Notes: generated by a model not told the origin, from the sequence alone. A stretch of 64,000 bases of DNA from an uncultured virus (IMG/VR IMGVR_UViG_3300031474_000004) (IMGVR_UViG_3300031474_000004:1-64000); one strand, 5' to 3'. Numbered from the stretch's first letter, positions 22,004-32,260 are shown. Numbers and translations are program-made.

Positions 22004-22245
22004 ATCGCTTGATTCTTACAATCGCCGCAGATTGCAGAACAAACAACACAATCTTTGATCTTGCATTCTAGCGAGAGTTCTCTCTGATGCGAAGCATTGA
22101 AAGCTTGAGACAAGGAATCACGTTCAGCCGTGAGACTTTCTATTTCCTTTGCGAGAAGTTCTCGTTCCTTCATGAGTTCATCGAACTCTGATCGCTTTAA
22201 GCAGACGAGATCAGTTTGATATTCAATCGTAGATTTGAGCTTCAT
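22000..22245 (-). CDS. Coiled-coil protein with C-terminal Cys cluster
   Basis: Heptad pattern followed by CVVC...CGDC. Confidence 0.55.
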   Translation of the reverse strand: MKLKSTIEYQTDLVCLKRSEFDELMKERELLAKEIESLTAERDSLSQAFNASHQRELSLECKIKDCVVCSAICGDCKNQAI

Positions 22246-22341
22246 TTCTTCTCTTTAATTCAGATAGGCGGGAAAATCAATCCCTCGATCGGTCACGAAC
22301 GTATCGAATTTGTTGTGATCGAGGGGATCAAAGTTGAGTTG

Positions 22342-22413
22342 AGCAGGTGGCGAGACTCGAACTCGCAACTTTCAGTTTGGAAAACTGACCCTCTACCATT
22401 GAGTTACACCTGC
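22342..22413 (-). tRNA. tRNA-Gly (anticodon TCC)
   Basis: GCAGGTG/CACCTGC acceptor stem, D loop with TGG, TCAGT-TTTCCAA-ACTGA anticodon arm, GCGAG-TTCGAGT-CTCGC T arm, discriminator U; CCA not encoded. Confidence 0.95.
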
Positions 22414-22578
22414 GAAAAATTCTTACTTGCGAGGCGTCATCGGGTGACCGAAATCATCCCAGAGTACGTACTTGACAAGCTTGTTGAGGTACTTACGAAC
22501 GAATTTCATTTGATCATGGTAACATGAAAATTGAAAGAAAACACGATTATTGCGATCGTATGGTCAAAATACCTTTCA

Positions 22579-23295
22579 TTACAGATTCTTATCTATGATT
22601 ATCGTCGTGGACTGAACTGCGCCGCTTTGCTTCCCACTTATCGTGATCACACCCTTGATCTTTGTCTTGTCGGCGGTGGTACCGTACACGGTGAACAACG
22701 CATCAGTCAGTGACTTCACGCTCAACGTGAACTGACACAGCGATCCACCGAACGAGTTTTCATTGGGTGATCGAGTGAGGACGTACGTCGCCCTTTGTTG
22801 TCCATCAATGTTCTCAGGAACCTGTTGCAGGATCTGGACGAATTGGTTCGGAACCTGAACGATGAACGTCTGATCCCTTAGCTCAACGTCGATCGTCGTC
22901 TCGTTCCTGATCGTTTGTTCGACCGAGATCGTGGTCGTCTTTTGCTGGTTTCGACCTATCGTCACGGTGTTGTTCGCGCTAGAGACGTTGCTGTCACCTG
23001 ACAACGTGAACGAAGGAAGACGAAGGAGGTTTGGGTTAGAAACTGACACGAGCTTGTACTTTTGAGCGTGGGTTTGATTTGTTAGAGCCTCAAGGATGGG
23101 GGTGTTCTTTTCGATCTTTTCTTTACCAATGGTGCGACCGTACTTCTCAATGATCCCATAATCTATTTCGTCATCGCCGCACGCAAATTTATGGAAACTG
23201 AATGATCCATCATTTCGACTTAGTGCTTGCCTTCCGGAGTCGGTGAGAACCGCATCGAGTAAAATATTGTTACTTGTAGAATTTAAGAAACCCAT
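22579..23295 (-). CDS. Putative baseplate/tail structural protein (tail-collar-like N-half motif)
   Basis: GFLN...DAVLTDSGRQALSRNDGSF...FACGDDEIDY...TPILEA. Confidence 0.7.
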   Translation of the reverse strand: MGFLNSTSNNILLDAVLTDSGRQALSRNDGSFSFHKFACGDDEIDYGIIEKYGRTIGKEKIEKNTPILEALTNQTHAQKYKLVSVSNPNLLRLPSFTLSGDSNVSSANNTVTIGRNQQKTTTISVEQTIRNETTIDVELRDQTFIVQVPNQFVQILQQVPENIDGQQRATYVLTRSPNENSFGGSLCQFTLSVKSLTDALFTVYGTTADKTKIKGVITISGKQSGAVQSTTIIIDKNL

Positions 23296-24206
23296 ATATT
23301 CATTCTTTCTTTGATCAAATCGTTTAAAGTTTTTGCTTTGAAGGCTGTCATGACTTCGTCATCAAAAAATCTGATAAATTTCAAATCATTCTTCGGAAAC
23401 CAAAGATCCTGTTCACGATCTCGGTCAAATTTTCCCAAAATTTGCTTGAATTGTTTACTACCAGCATTCGACCGTTCCACCAAATTTTCACGTCCGTACT
23501 TCGTTCCATGCCAATGAATTCCATCAAGTTGAACGTAGACGTTTAGTTTTGTGATGAACGCATCGATCGACCAGCCATTCACCGTAATATGACGATCAAC
23601 ATTTCCATACAAGTTACTTAGTTCATTGATCAGTAGATTTTCAGGATTCGATTGCTTGATCGTCCCATTCTTTACCCATGAGCGAAATCGTTTCGCATTG
23701 TACTCGTGAGATCTCATCACGCGTTCGACGAATTCTGAATCACATGCGGGTGAAGGTCCACCAAATTTTTCAGTTAACGAAGATTGTGCAATTTCTCGAA
23801 CTTCTACGCGTCCAAAATTATTTCTCGCTCCATAATTTTTCAGGAACGTTTCTTCCTTTTTCTTTTTTACGGAAGGATCTTTACTAGGATTGTCGAATCC
23901 CGTTTTAGCGAGACAAGTTTGTTTTTTCTTGTCAATGACAACTTTCGAAGCGTAAGGATTCTTGCAACCATAATTTCGTTGGAACGTAGCTTCGAGTTTG
24001 CTCTTGACAACGCCGTGCTTGAATGCAAAATTCCTGCATTCTTCCCCACAAAACGACAAAGAATCACTTTGATTAAACCTACCACTCAAAGTAAGATTGA
24101 TCTTGCATTGATCACAAAGGTACTTGTATCGTTTGTTTCGACGACCGGTCACGTCATTAACGATGATTTCAATTCCCACATACATTCTGTAGGTAAGTAT
24201 TGTCAT
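23283..24206 (-). CDS. Putative homing endonuclease, paralog of 17645-18649 (likely start 24185)
   Basis: MYVGIE, CDQC, T..KNYG repeats, IDAF...QLDGIHWHG...FIRF. Confidence 0.75.
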   Translation of the reverse strand: MTILTYRMYVGIEIIVNDVTGRRNKRYKYLCDQCKINLTLSGRFNQSDSLSFCGEECRNFAFKHGVVKSKLEATFQRNYGCKNPYASKVVIDKKKQTCLAKTGFDNPSKDPSVKKKKEETFLKNYGARNNFGRVEVREIAQSSLTEKFGGPSPACDSEFVERVMRSHEYNAKRFRSWVKNGTIKQSNPENLLINELSNLYGNVDRHITVNGWSIDAFITKLNVYVQLDGIHWHGTKYGRENLVERSNAGSKQFKQILGKFDRDREQDLWFPKNDLKFIRFFDDEVMTAFKAKTLNDLIKERMNIWVS

Positions 24207-24321
24207 TTCATATCGTCCTGCCTTGATTTATCGTGTATTCGTACTACTCGTTTCACTTCGTTTGGAAACTTTCGCGCAAAGCATACCTAATCCAGGTGAC
24301 AAACTTGCAAGGAGTTCCTAG

Positions 24322-25569
24322 ATGAAACAAGAAGATATTGATACAATGTTGGCTGCGATCAAGATGCAACTCGATGGTGTGACGACGAGCGTTGTCGCGT
24401 TGCTCACGGCGGTAACTGCTGATGGCGGTACCGTGGGTCCCGCAGGTCCGATCGGCCCAGTTGGTCCTGCGGGAGCTCGAGGTGCTACAGGTACAAAGGG
24501 AACGACGGGTGCTCAGGGTCCACAAGGAATTCCCGGTCCAGTCGGTCCAAAGGGTGATCCAGGTGGAACCGTCGTGACGCCACCTGTGGTAACCCCTCCA
24601 GTTGTCACACCGCCCGTCGTGGTTCCTCCGGTCGTCATTCCACCGAATCCGGGTGGAGTGATGAAGGTCGTGGGAAACAAGCTGTTCGATGCGAATGGGA
24701 AGCAGTTCATCATGCGTGGAGCCGAAGGCTGGTTCGGTCCTGATGCTCAAGGAAACGTGAAGGGGCATGTCGGCACGATTGCTGCGCTAGGTTTCAACGC
24801 TTATCGTGCTCAAACGCTAACGAATAATCTTGTCAAGGTTGAGGAACTTTATAAGGAGATGACGGCGAACGGTATGGTGATCTATGCCAACGCGGACAAT
24901 ATGCCCGGCGGCGGTCCCTCTTGGTTCGGTAAGCCTGAAGTCATTGCACTGTTAAATAAATACGGGCGTAACATGATCATTGATGCGAGCATCGAGGACG
25001 AACCCGATGCCGACAGTGGTAAAGCAACGATCGACAAATGGGTGGCTGATACAAAGGCTCTGATCCTTAAGTTCAGAAGTTACGGGTACACACAGCCCCT
25101 GCTAGTCGGAACGTTGAATTCAGGACGTTACCTTCGCGGTTTGCTTGATCACGGTCAAGAATTCGTTAACACAGATCCTTTGAAGAACTTGATATTGAAT
25201 TGTCAATTTTATTGGGCAAATTACGGTGGTGGATTCTCGTGGCAAAGTTCCAATGGATATCCTTCGGGGGATGCTGGGGTGAAACAGGCGATGGCTGACG
25301 TTGCAGCCAAACCTTTTTACGTACAGTTTGGATACGACGCAGCGGATTCTGGGGGTTCATGGGCACCCGTTCCTTACGAACTCATGATGAGTGAAGCACA
25401 AAGATTGGGCTTCGGGTATCTCTGGTGGCAAATAAAAGATCCATCACAGAATGATCCCAACAGTTTGTTGTCAGATCCTTTTAAGGCAACGTCATTAACC
25501 CCTTTAGGTCAAGTCGTTGTCAACACACATCCCGCTAGTATCATGAAAACATCAAAGAAATTTACTTAA
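24322..25569 (+). CDS. Collagen-repeat, Pro-rich linker and GH5-like glycoside hydrolase domain protein
   Basis: 15 G-X-Y triplets, five VVxPP repeats, GH5-type start VGNKLFDANGKQFIMRG, EDEP, GYLWW; AAGGAG RBS. Confidence 0.75.
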   Translation: MKQEDIDTMLAAIKMQLDGVTTSVVALLTAVTADGGTVGPAGPIGPVGPAGARGATGTKGTTGAQGPQGIPGPVGPKGDPGGTVVTPPVVTPPVVTPPVVVPPVVIPPNPGGVMKVVGNKLFDANGKQFIMRGAEGWFGPDAQGNVKGHVGTIAALGFNAYRAQTLTNNLVKVEELYKEMTANGMVIYANADNMPGGGPSWFGKPEVIALLNKYGRNMIIDASIEDEPDADSGKATIDKWVADTKALILKFRSYGYTQPLLVGTLNSGRYLRGLLDHGQEFVNTDPLKNLILNCQFYWANYGGGFSWQSSNGYPSGDAGVKQAMADVAAKPFYVQFGYDAADSGGSWAPVPYELMMSEAQRLGFGYLWWQIKDPSQNDPNSLLSDPFKATSLTPLGQVVVNTHPASIMKTSKKFT

Positions 25570-25590
25570 AATTAGTAATCGTTTGAAACA

Positions 25591-25619
25591 AGGGATCAGG
25601 ACGAAAGTTCTGGTCCTTT
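25591..25619. terminator. Hairpin terminator between convergent genes
   Basis: GGATCAGGAC-GAAA-GTTCTGGTCC followed by TTT. Confidence 0.6.
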
Positions 25620-25626
25620 GTGATTT

Positions 25627-26195
25627 TCATTGAATGTATCCACAATAAAGTAACCACGTGATTAATTCTTGATCGGTCGGTTTAGATTTCCCATTCATGA
25701 AACGTGTTTTAGCGTGTTGACAGATCGAGCCATTTCGTTGAAAATCTTTCTCAGTTTGAGGTTTCTTTCGACCCAAATTCAAGGCGCGATGATCAATTTT
25801 CGCTTGAGCGATTCGCATATTACGTCGAGTTTCTTCGCTCTTCTTTTGACCTCTCATTGTCATGCTGATCTTGGATTTCGCCTCATCAGTATGTCTTAGC
25901 GTTTTCTGATATCGCCACGCAGAAATTTGAGCAAATTCGTATTGTCGCGAAGTTACTTTGTGCTTTTTATCGTTACACATAAAGAACCATGCAATCGTCA
26001 TCTTTCCACCATGAATGTTCTTCAACAACCAATGAACGAGGAAATGTTCCCTCGCGGTCAAGTAAACGAGGTTCTCTTTTTCATCAGTTCCCCTAACGAT
26101 TTCGGTAGAATGTGATGAAGTTCCTTGTAACCTTCGAGCGTTGAACGTGACTTCGCTCGATCAATGATCTGATTCATGATACGACGATAGTTCAC
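25627..26195 (-). CDS. HNH homing endonuclease with NUMOD3 (frameshift in the G-run at about 26090)
   Basis: GTG 26195: NYRRIMNQII..ELHHILPKSLG(G)TDEKENLVYLTAREHFLVH; needs one more G. Confidence 0.75.
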
Positions 26196-26238
26196 GATTA
26201 ATTGTACATTCATGAGTTACGACGTATCATCATGAAAG

Positions 26239-26724
26239 ATGAAACTTACTTGGATTGATTCGAAATTGCTGGGATTCTTTACAAAAGAAAAACTTGCACT
26301 ACGAAACAATACAATGGATTCGTTAAACGAAGAAATCAAGGAACTCTGGAAATACGAACTCCTTGATGGAAAACCATACTTGAATAATTCACGTACAAGA
26401 TGCAAGAATACGTTTGAAGATTTTCAATATGATTGTCTTAATACCGTTGATAACCGGTCAAAGTCAATATATGAAGAATATCGTTCATATGGTTGCGGTT
26501 CATTTACTTCGGTGATTATGTTGTATTGGAATATTTGGGAACATTCAAGTGATATCAACGCGGGAGAACTTTTAAAGAAGTATTGGGGTCGCTCATTGTT
26601 GTATTGGATCGAATATGGGATAAAGAAAATCGCAATATGGATTTGGTCGCATCGTAATGAACCATTCATTCTAATGATTTTAGGTGCGTTTTTAACAGCT
26701 TACGCTTTAACGATCATTAAATGA
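26239..26724 (+). CDS. Hypothetical protein with C-terminal TM helix
   Basis: AT-rich ORF; TTGTAC-N17-TATCAT upstream. Confidence 0.55.
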   Translation: MKLTWIDSKLLGFFTKEKLALRNNTMDSLNEEIKELWKYELLDGKPYLNNSRTRCKNTFEDFQYDCLNTVDNRSKSIYEEYRSYGCGSFTSVIMLYWNIWEHSSDINAGELLKKYWGRSLLYWIEYGIKKIAIWIWSHRNEPFILMILGAFLTAYALTIIK

Positions 26725-26975
26725 AACCAAAACTCACCTCAGAACTTCTCCCCGGTGATCTGTTATGTCCCCGCGGCCTGAACGATTTCAATGACTATGG
26801 TATCGTCATTGGCGTCGCAGAATCATTCACGAATTTTGCTGCGTATGGTTCCGGTCCGCTCATCGTTAATGCCATGTACCTCACGATCACATACGTTAAT
26901 TCACGAACGTCACAGGTAAAGAAGTACGTCTCGTTGAAAACGACGATGCATCAGGTTGTGTCATTCCAGCCATGA
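26721..26975 (+). CDS. Small LxPGD-motif protein
   Basis: SELLPGDLL...GIVIGV; ATGA overlap. Confidence 0.6.
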   Translation: MKPKLTSELLPGDLLCPRGLNDFNDYGIVIGVAESFTNFAAYGSGPLIVNAMYLTITYVNSRTSQVKKYVSLKTTMHQVVSFQP

Positions 26976-26996
26976 TTGTGATATCATCGTTAAACT

Positions 26997-27788
26997 ATGA
27001 ATAGATTCATTATCGTTTCAATGTTCACCCTTGCATGTTCTGGAGGTGGGATCGCTGACATTGCCACGAATCCATCTGGAAATTCGCCTCCCGTTCATCG
27101 ACCTTCGTCGTCGACCCCTTGGAAGAATCCGTTGGTGACGTCACTCGCTCCGGACGCAGGTCAACCAGCTCAGATCGGTCAAGATGGGGTTATTGATGAT
27201 GATGCTGGTATTCCACCACAATACGACGGAGGTCAACCTGATGCCGACGTCGTGACTCTCGATGCTGACATTTCTTCAAATCAACCTGATACGGGCTCGA
27301 ATTGCAGTTCACCGGCCGCTGTATCCTCAGATTCGGGTAATTGGTTCACCACGAACATTGACAACGGTGAGTGGTTCCAACTTGTAACCGTCGCCGGATT
27401 TTCCAGTGATCTGTGTACTTACACGGGCAAGATCAAATGGTTCTATGATGTGGGTGGTTTTTGGGAGAGTGATCGAGCATACGATCAACCAACGACAACG
27501 TTCGTGTTTGAATTCAACGTTGACGGGACGATGAAGACGAGAATCGTTCATTCACCCAACTACCCGAACGGGATGTACACACAATCGAACGTTTCGTACC
27601 GGGGTTCGTGCATTACTGGATTGTCCGAGGGTGATCCTATCGTTTTCAACAACGATTTTAGGTTTCATTCCTGCATCGAACGAATGTATTCCGGTCACGC
27701 AGAACATTGGTTCAGCGTGTTTCGTGGTCGCTGGAACGTTGATCACCCTGAGAACGTTCAGACGATCATCACTTACCCACAAGGATGA
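26997..27788 (+). CDS. Putative lipoprotein with DAG-rich linker
   Basis: Signal MNRFIIVSMFTLAC (lipobox LAC); PDAG, DDAG, DGG and PDAD motifs. Confidence 0.65.
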   Translation: MNRFIIVSMFTLACSGGGIADIATNPSGNSPPVHRPSSSTPWKNPLVTSLAPDAGQPAQIGQDGVIDDDAGIPPQYDGGQPDADVVTLDADISSNQPDTGSNCSSPAAVSSDSGNWFTTNIDNGEWFQLVTVAGFSSDLCTYTGKIKWFYDVGGFWESDRAYDQPTTTFVFEFNVDGTMKTRIVHSPNYPNGMYTQSNVSYRGSCITGLSEGDPIVFNNDFRFHSCIERMYSGHAEHWFSVFRGRWNVDHPENVQTIITYPQG

Positions 27789-27794
27789 TTCATC

Positions 27795-28019
27795 ATGTCC
27801 CGAAGCGTCAAGATGAAAGATCTTCGGCCAGGCATTGATGTTTTGACATGGTCGTATCAAAGCACCGGTCTTGTGATTGGAAACATTCGTACCGTTCCAA
27901 CGACACAAAGAAAGCTTCCGCAAAGGAAGGTAATTTACTTGGATTTGAACGGAATTCACGAATTCAGCGGGCAAGACGATTATACCGTCTCTGTGAATGA
28001 TGATGATAATGAAACTTGA
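27795..28019 (+). CDS. Small LRPG-motif protein
   Basis: DLRPGIDVL...GLVIGN...RKVIYL. Confidence 0.6.
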   Translation: MSRSVKMKDLRPGIDVLTWSYQSTGLVIGNIRTVPTTQRKLPQRKVIYLDLNGIHEFSGQDDYTVSVNDDDNET

Positions 28020-28410
28020 ACATTCGCCACGTTTTGTAATTGCTCCCGATATCGTGGCGGGCAATGTGTTCATAGGGAGCGAGATTCCTACGAATCCTCC
28101 AATTCCCGATGGAATCATCATTAGCGCGATTAAGAACGATCAGATTGAAGGTTTGACATTCGGGAAATTCACGATCAAAAAAGTCATTAACTTAAGACCT
28201 GGAATCGATGTTCTGGATGAACATGATCCCTTTAAAGGTCTCATTATTGCGAACGTTGAGTGTGATAAACAAGAACATGACAGAGCGCCGACGTTCGCGG
28301 GAGACTGGTACGGCTTCAGCGACAGAAAGATCTTGATCATTAACAATTCGGGAGTTCGTTGGTTGTTCGCGTACAATGATTCACTTTTCAGGATCAGAAC
28401 GTGGGGATAA
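27997..28410 (+). CDS. Protein with LRPG-motif domain, paralog of the upstream ORF
   Basis: NLRPGIDVL...GLIIAN...RKILII. Confidence 0.6.
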   Translation: MMMIMKLEHSPRFVIAPDIVAGNVFIGSEIPTNPPIPDGIIISAIKNDQIEGLTFGKFTIKKVINLRPGIDVLDEHDPFKGLIIANVECDKQEHDRAPTFAGDWYGFSDRKILIINNSGVRWLFAYNDSLFRIRTWG

Positions 28411-28431
28411 AGACGGCAAAGGAGCAGAATC

Positions 28432-28593
28432 ATGCATCCAAAAGAAATAAAGAAGCGTTTGTTCGAATTTTTCTTCATTAGCGAAAAAGTTCCACTGTTC
28501 GTAAAAATTGGTCGTTTCAGCATTCCCGCAGGTCTTTATGAACAATTTCTGCCGGAACGATTCAAAAGATGGCTCGTTAAACGAAAAAGATAG
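28432..28593 (+). CDS. 53-aa hypothetical protein (below the ORF-track cutoff)
   Basis: AAGGAG RBS, then MHPKEIKKRLFEFF...RKR-stop. Confidence 0.5.
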   Translation: MHPKEIKKRLFEFFFISEKVPLFVKIGRFSIPAGLYEQFLPERFKRWLVKRKR

Positions 28594-28808
28594 TGTTTTC
28601 ATCCACGAATCGTGATAAGATCAGATCAACAAGGATATATCATGGCAATTCATACGACCATCCGGTACGAGTACGTGAACGATAAACACACCCCTCTCGA
28701 TGTTCCTCGGCAGGTCACGACCTACGAAGGTCGGGTATTGAAGGTCTTCAACGAGCAGTTTCGGGCGATGTCGGACATCTACACGATGGCGAAGAACGTG
28801 AAGGCAGT

Positions 28809-29063
28809 ATGAAGTACTCTGAATTGCTCCCTGGCGACGTCATCTTTTATCCGGGTTGGAAGGAAAGGTTCAACGTGACATCCTCACAGATCGGTCATGA
28901 TGTGATTCTTTCGGTTTGTTTGGGGAAGAATTTCGAGATCAAAATCTACGTAATGTACACGAACCCGCAGAAACAATCTTCCGTCAAAAAGTGGTTCACT
29001 AGATCTGACGAGATCATCGAAAGCGACCGCACAGTGCACAGAAAAGGTGTACTGATCCACTGA
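28809..29063 (+). CDS. Small LxPGD-motif protein
   Basis: MKYSELLPGDVIF...VILSV; ATGA overlap. Confidence 0.6.
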   Translation: MKYSELLPGDVIFYPGWKERFNVTSSQIGHDVILSVCLGKNFEIKIYVMYTNPQKQSSVKKWFTRSDEIIESDRTVHRKGVLIH

Positions 29064-29065
29064 GC

Positions 29066-29290
29066 GTGATACAATTGAACGTGAAATCAATCTTTGACAA
29101 TAGACACAAGAACACGTTCGTGGCAACATTGCTTGGAATGTTGGTAGCGATTCCACTCATTTACACGCTCAATTACTTTCTAACGGGCCGCGGGTACGTA
29201 TCGTGGGTTGCGATATTGCTCACTCTCGTTTCGTTGAACGTGTATTACCATTACAAAGACAAAAAAGAAGACGAAAAAAAGTTGCAGTAA
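29066..29290 (+). CDS. Small two-TM membrane protein
   Basis: Two hydrophobic stretches and a charged C-tail (holin-like topology, unproven). Confidence 0.55.
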   Translation: MIQLNVKSIFDNRHKNTFVATLLGMLVAIPLIYTLNYFLTGRGYVSWVAILLTLVSLNVYYHYKDKKEDEKKLQ

Positions 29291-29291
29291 C

Positions 29292-29320
29292 GTGTTTCCT
29301 TAGTTCATTCATGATATGAT
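29292..29320 (+). promoter_or_regulatory. Sigma70-like early/middle promoter
   Basis: GTGTTT-N17-TATGAT with extended TG; similar GTGTTT-N17-TAAGAT at 28593. Confidence 0.5.
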
Positions 29321-29325
29321 CAATC

Positions 29326-29529
29326 ATGTTCGGCAACCTGATCAACACGTTCCTCGAATTGCTGGGATACGACAATCGTAACGTTGCAGCACAACGTTCG
29401 GTTTACGCGGTCAAGCTTCCGAAGGCTTCGAAGGTTCCGAACGATCTTTACTTGATCGCGGCAACGCAATTCAACACGACCGACCAAGACAGCGAGCTTT
29501 TGTTGACTCTCGCAGGAGACTTTGAGTGA
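29326..29529 (+). CDS. Hypothetical protein
   Basis: First gene after GTGTTT-N17-TATGAT. Confidence 0.5.
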   Translation: MFGNLINTFLELLGYDNRNVAAQRSVYAVKLPKASKVPNDLYLIAATQFNTTDQDSELLLTLAGDFE

Positions 29530-30635
29530 TCCTATTTTCAATCGTCCTTTTGATCCCGCTCATCTGCGCGGCTGCTGCGTTTTGCTTTTCAAAGCAAATT
29601 TGTCCCAAGGAACTTGCTGTCATCGCGGGGACACAGATCGTCGTTGCGATAGTATCTGCGTTGGTTTGTTACAACATGTCAACTTGTGACAATGAAACCT
29701 GGAACTCAAGGATCGTATCAAAGCAAAAAGTATACACGTCATGTTCTCACTCGTATTCATGCCATTGTCGCGAAAGCTGTTCTGGTTCTGGTAAGAACAG
29801 ATCATGTCATCAGGTATGCGACACTTGTTACGAGCATTCCAACGACTGGAACTGGAGGATTGATACTTCAACGGGCGAATCATTGAACATCGATCGTATC
29901 GATCGTCGTGGTTCTAACGAGCCTCCACGTTGGACTCGAGCATTCATCAATGAACCCGTATCAACCACGCATTCGTACACGAACTACATAAAAGCTTCTC
30001 CCGATTCATTGTTTCGCCACCAAGGTCTGGTTGAGAAGTACAAAGGAACGATACCTGAGCATCCCGACAACGTGTACGACTATTATCGTCTCGATAGGTT
30101 CGTGACGGTCCACGTCAACGTGAAGGATTCCAGGTACTGGAACGACGACCTGATGCAACTTAACGCTGAACTCGGCTCAAAAAAGCAAGTCAACGTCATC
30201 GTTGTGCTCGTCAACGGGCTCTCACAAGAGTACTTTTACGCCCTTGAACAAGCATGGATCGGTGGGAAGAAAAACGATGTTGTACTTGTCGTCGACGTTG
30301 ATTCGAACAAGAAACCCGTCTGGGCATCGGTGATGGCATGGGAATCGAACGATGTGTTCAAGATCAAGCTTCGTGATACGATCATGGAGCAAGAGACGAT
30401 CGAACGCTGGACGGTGATTCCCGTGTTGAAGGATACGATCACGAAGTACCACGTTCGAAAGCCAATGTCCGACTTCGAGTACCTGAAATCTGCGATCGTT
30501 CCATCGACATTGCAATACGTCGTCACTTTGGGAATCGCATTCTTGCTGACGATCATTCTTGTGGTCGTCTTCCATGTTAACGAAACGTTCGATTCGTACG
30601 GTTCATCGTACGGTCGACGCAATCGGTTCTACTAA
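29526..30635 (+). CDS. Membrane protein with Cys-rich extracytoplasmic and TPM-like region
   Basis: Two N-terminal TMs, CSHSYSCHC...[17 protein letters not shown]-terminal TM. Confidence 0.7.
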   Translation: MILFSIVLLIPLICAAAAFCFSKQICPKELAVIAGTQIVVAIVSALVCYNMSTCDNETWNSRIVSKQKVYTSCSHSYSCHCRESCSGSGKNRSCHQVCDTCYEHSNDWNWRIDTSTGESLNIDRIDRRGSNEPPRWTRAFINEPVSTTHSYTNYIKASPDSLFRHQGLVEKYKGTIPEHPDNVYDYYRLDRFVTVHVNVKDSRYWNDDLMQLNAELGSKKQVNVIVVLVNGLSQEYFYALEQAWIGGKKNDVVLVVDVDSNKKPVWASVMAWESNDVFKIKLRDTIMEQETIERWTVIPVLKDTITKYHVRKPMSDFEYLKSAIVPSTLQYVVTLGIAFLLTIILVVVFHVNETFDSYGSSYGRRNRFY

Positions 30636-30654
30636 CAAAAAGAAAGAAAAAGAA

Positions 30655-31209
30655 ATGTCAACCTCGGTTAAAATTCTGCTCGTCGTACTCGTCTTCTTTG
30701 GGTTCACCGTGTTCTTGGGTGGTGGTTGCGTAATGTCTATCAACAACGATCTGGTTCGTCAAGAAGCGGGTCTTGAAGCCCAATATAAACAGAATCAGAA
30801 CAATTATGCTAATTATTTCAATAAGTTGAAAGAATCCGCCCAGGTACCAAAGATGTATGCCGCCGATCTACAGAAACTGTACACGGGAACGATGCAAGGT
30901 CGCTACGGCGCCGATGGTTCCAAGGCGATTTTTCAGTTCATCAAGGAACACAATCCCTCGGTCGACATTTCGGTGTACAAGCAACTCCAGCAGATCATCG
31001 AGGCGGGTCGCAACAGTTTCGAAGCAGATCAAAAGACGTTGCTTGACAAGAAGCGGGTGTACGAGGTTTCGTTGAACACCTTCCCCGATAGCTTCGTTGC
31101 AAGCTTCCTTGGTTTCCCCAAGAAGGACATTTCCAAGTTCGACATCGTCATCAACGACGAAACTGAGAAGGCCTTCGACACGAAGAAAGCGGGTCCAATT
31201 GAGCTCTGA
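30655..31209 (+). CDS. LemA-like membrane-anchored protein
   Basis: N-terminal [18 protein letters not shown]...Y...[13 protein letters not shown]. Confidence 0.65.
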   Translation: MSTSVKILLVVLVFFGFTVFLGGGCVMSINNDLVRQEAGLEAQYKQNQNNYANYFNKLKESAQVPKMYAADLQKLYTGTMQGRYGADGSKAIFQFIKEHNPSVDISVYKQLQQIIEAGRNSFEADQKTLLDKKRVYEVSLNTFPDSFVASFLGFPKKDISKFDIVINDETEKAFDTKKAGPIEL

Positions 31210-31636
31210 AGTCAGAAATTTTCCAAGTAGTTTTCCATCTTGGTCGGTTGTTGTCTTGAGTACGGCAACCTTGTTCACGGGAATCATAATCGGAACCGCG
31301 GTAAAATCCGATTCAAAGTCGATCGTGAATCACGCAGCGGCGATAACTCAAAACAAGAACGATATCGATAAACTACGTCGTGATTTTCAAAACGTAGGTC
31401 TCGACATTGAAAAGTGGGGTGAACAAGTTAGCGAACTTAAAAACAACGTCGATGAATTCAAGATCAACGTTGCTTCCCTTCGAGGAACGACGGAAAGAAT
31501 TCAAAGTTCTCTTCAACCTCGAGATTGCAATCCAACAACGAAGCGTGAAGTCACCTGGTACGCGGAATGCTTGAAGAATTCAAATGAATGCTGTGCCAAG
31601 TTCCTTCGTGCGGTGGAGATCGGTTACTTTAAATGA
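31199..31636 (+). CDS. TM plus coiled-coil protein (start uncertain)
   Basis: Hydrophobic segment, then heptads and Cys residues; TTG at 31199 is in frame. Confidence 0.5.
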   Translation: MSSEVRNFPSSFPSWSVVVLSTATLFTGIIIGTAVKSDSKSIVNHAAAITQNKNDIDKLRRDFQNVGLDIEKWGEQVSELKNNVDEFKINVASLRGTTERIQSSLQPRDCNPTTKREVTWYAECLKNSNECCAKFLRAVEIGYFK

Positions 31637-31995
31637 TCAAAATTCTAGCGAAGATTTCAACCTCATTGTACAGAACGTCTCTGTTCATGCGTTCCGTGAG
31701 GTTCTTCTTCCAGCGAAGGTTTCGAGGTTGGGATGACAGCGATACTTGGGCGCTCGATACGACGATATCGAAGCTCATCCTGCCTCGATTGAAACGCTTC
31801 AAGCTTTTGAAGGTCGGTTGTCCAAGTCATGTTGAGTCGATGGAAGAGTGGAATGCAATGCTCATGAAAATGATCCATGCGTTCGAGTTCCTGGCATCCG
31901 ATGAAAAGTACGGGAACTTCGATCAGGTGAAGAACAACGAGGTCAACGAGGGTCTCGACATGTTTTGTCAGAACTTTCGTTCGCTCTGGTGGTGA
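31633..31995 (+). CDS. Hypothetical phage protein
   Basis: RGWDDSDTWALD...F..LWW; ATGA overlap. Confidence 0.65.
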   Translation: MIKILAKISTSLYRTSLFMRSVRFFFQRRFRGWDDSDTWALDTTISKLILPRLKRFKLLKVGCPSHVESMEEWNAMLMKMIHAFEFLASDEKYGNFDQVKNNEVNEGLDMFCQNFRSLWW

Positions 31996-31999
31996 AATA

Positions 32000-32260
32000 A
32001 TGAAACTGTGTGACGTTCGACCGGGAGATTACTTGAAATGGACGAACGGCCTGTGCTTTTGCATCTCTGTCATTCGTAACGACAAGTACGACCGTAGGAA
32101 TTCGAGAAGAGAACCGACATGGACGCTCAATTTCGTTTTCAACGATTTTCCCGGAAAGATGCGATTTTCGGCAATCACCAACGCAACGAGCGAGGTCATG
32201 AATGCTAGCAGGGATAATACCCAGAGGTTGAATTCACCGTTCGACGACGGCTCGAGATGA
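32000..32260 (+). CDS. Small LxPGD-motif protein
   Basis: MKLCDVRPGDYL...CISV. Confidence 0.55.
   Translation: MKLCDVRPGDYLKWTNGLCFCISVIRNDKYDRRNSRREPTWTLNFVFNDFPGKMRFSAITNATSEVMNASRDNTQRLNSPFDDGSR

Noticed and set aside
22246..22341. Theta (HDV-like) ribozyme after the tRNA
   Set aside because: Only a simple hairpin is visible; no nested double pseudoknot starting at the tRNA 3' end
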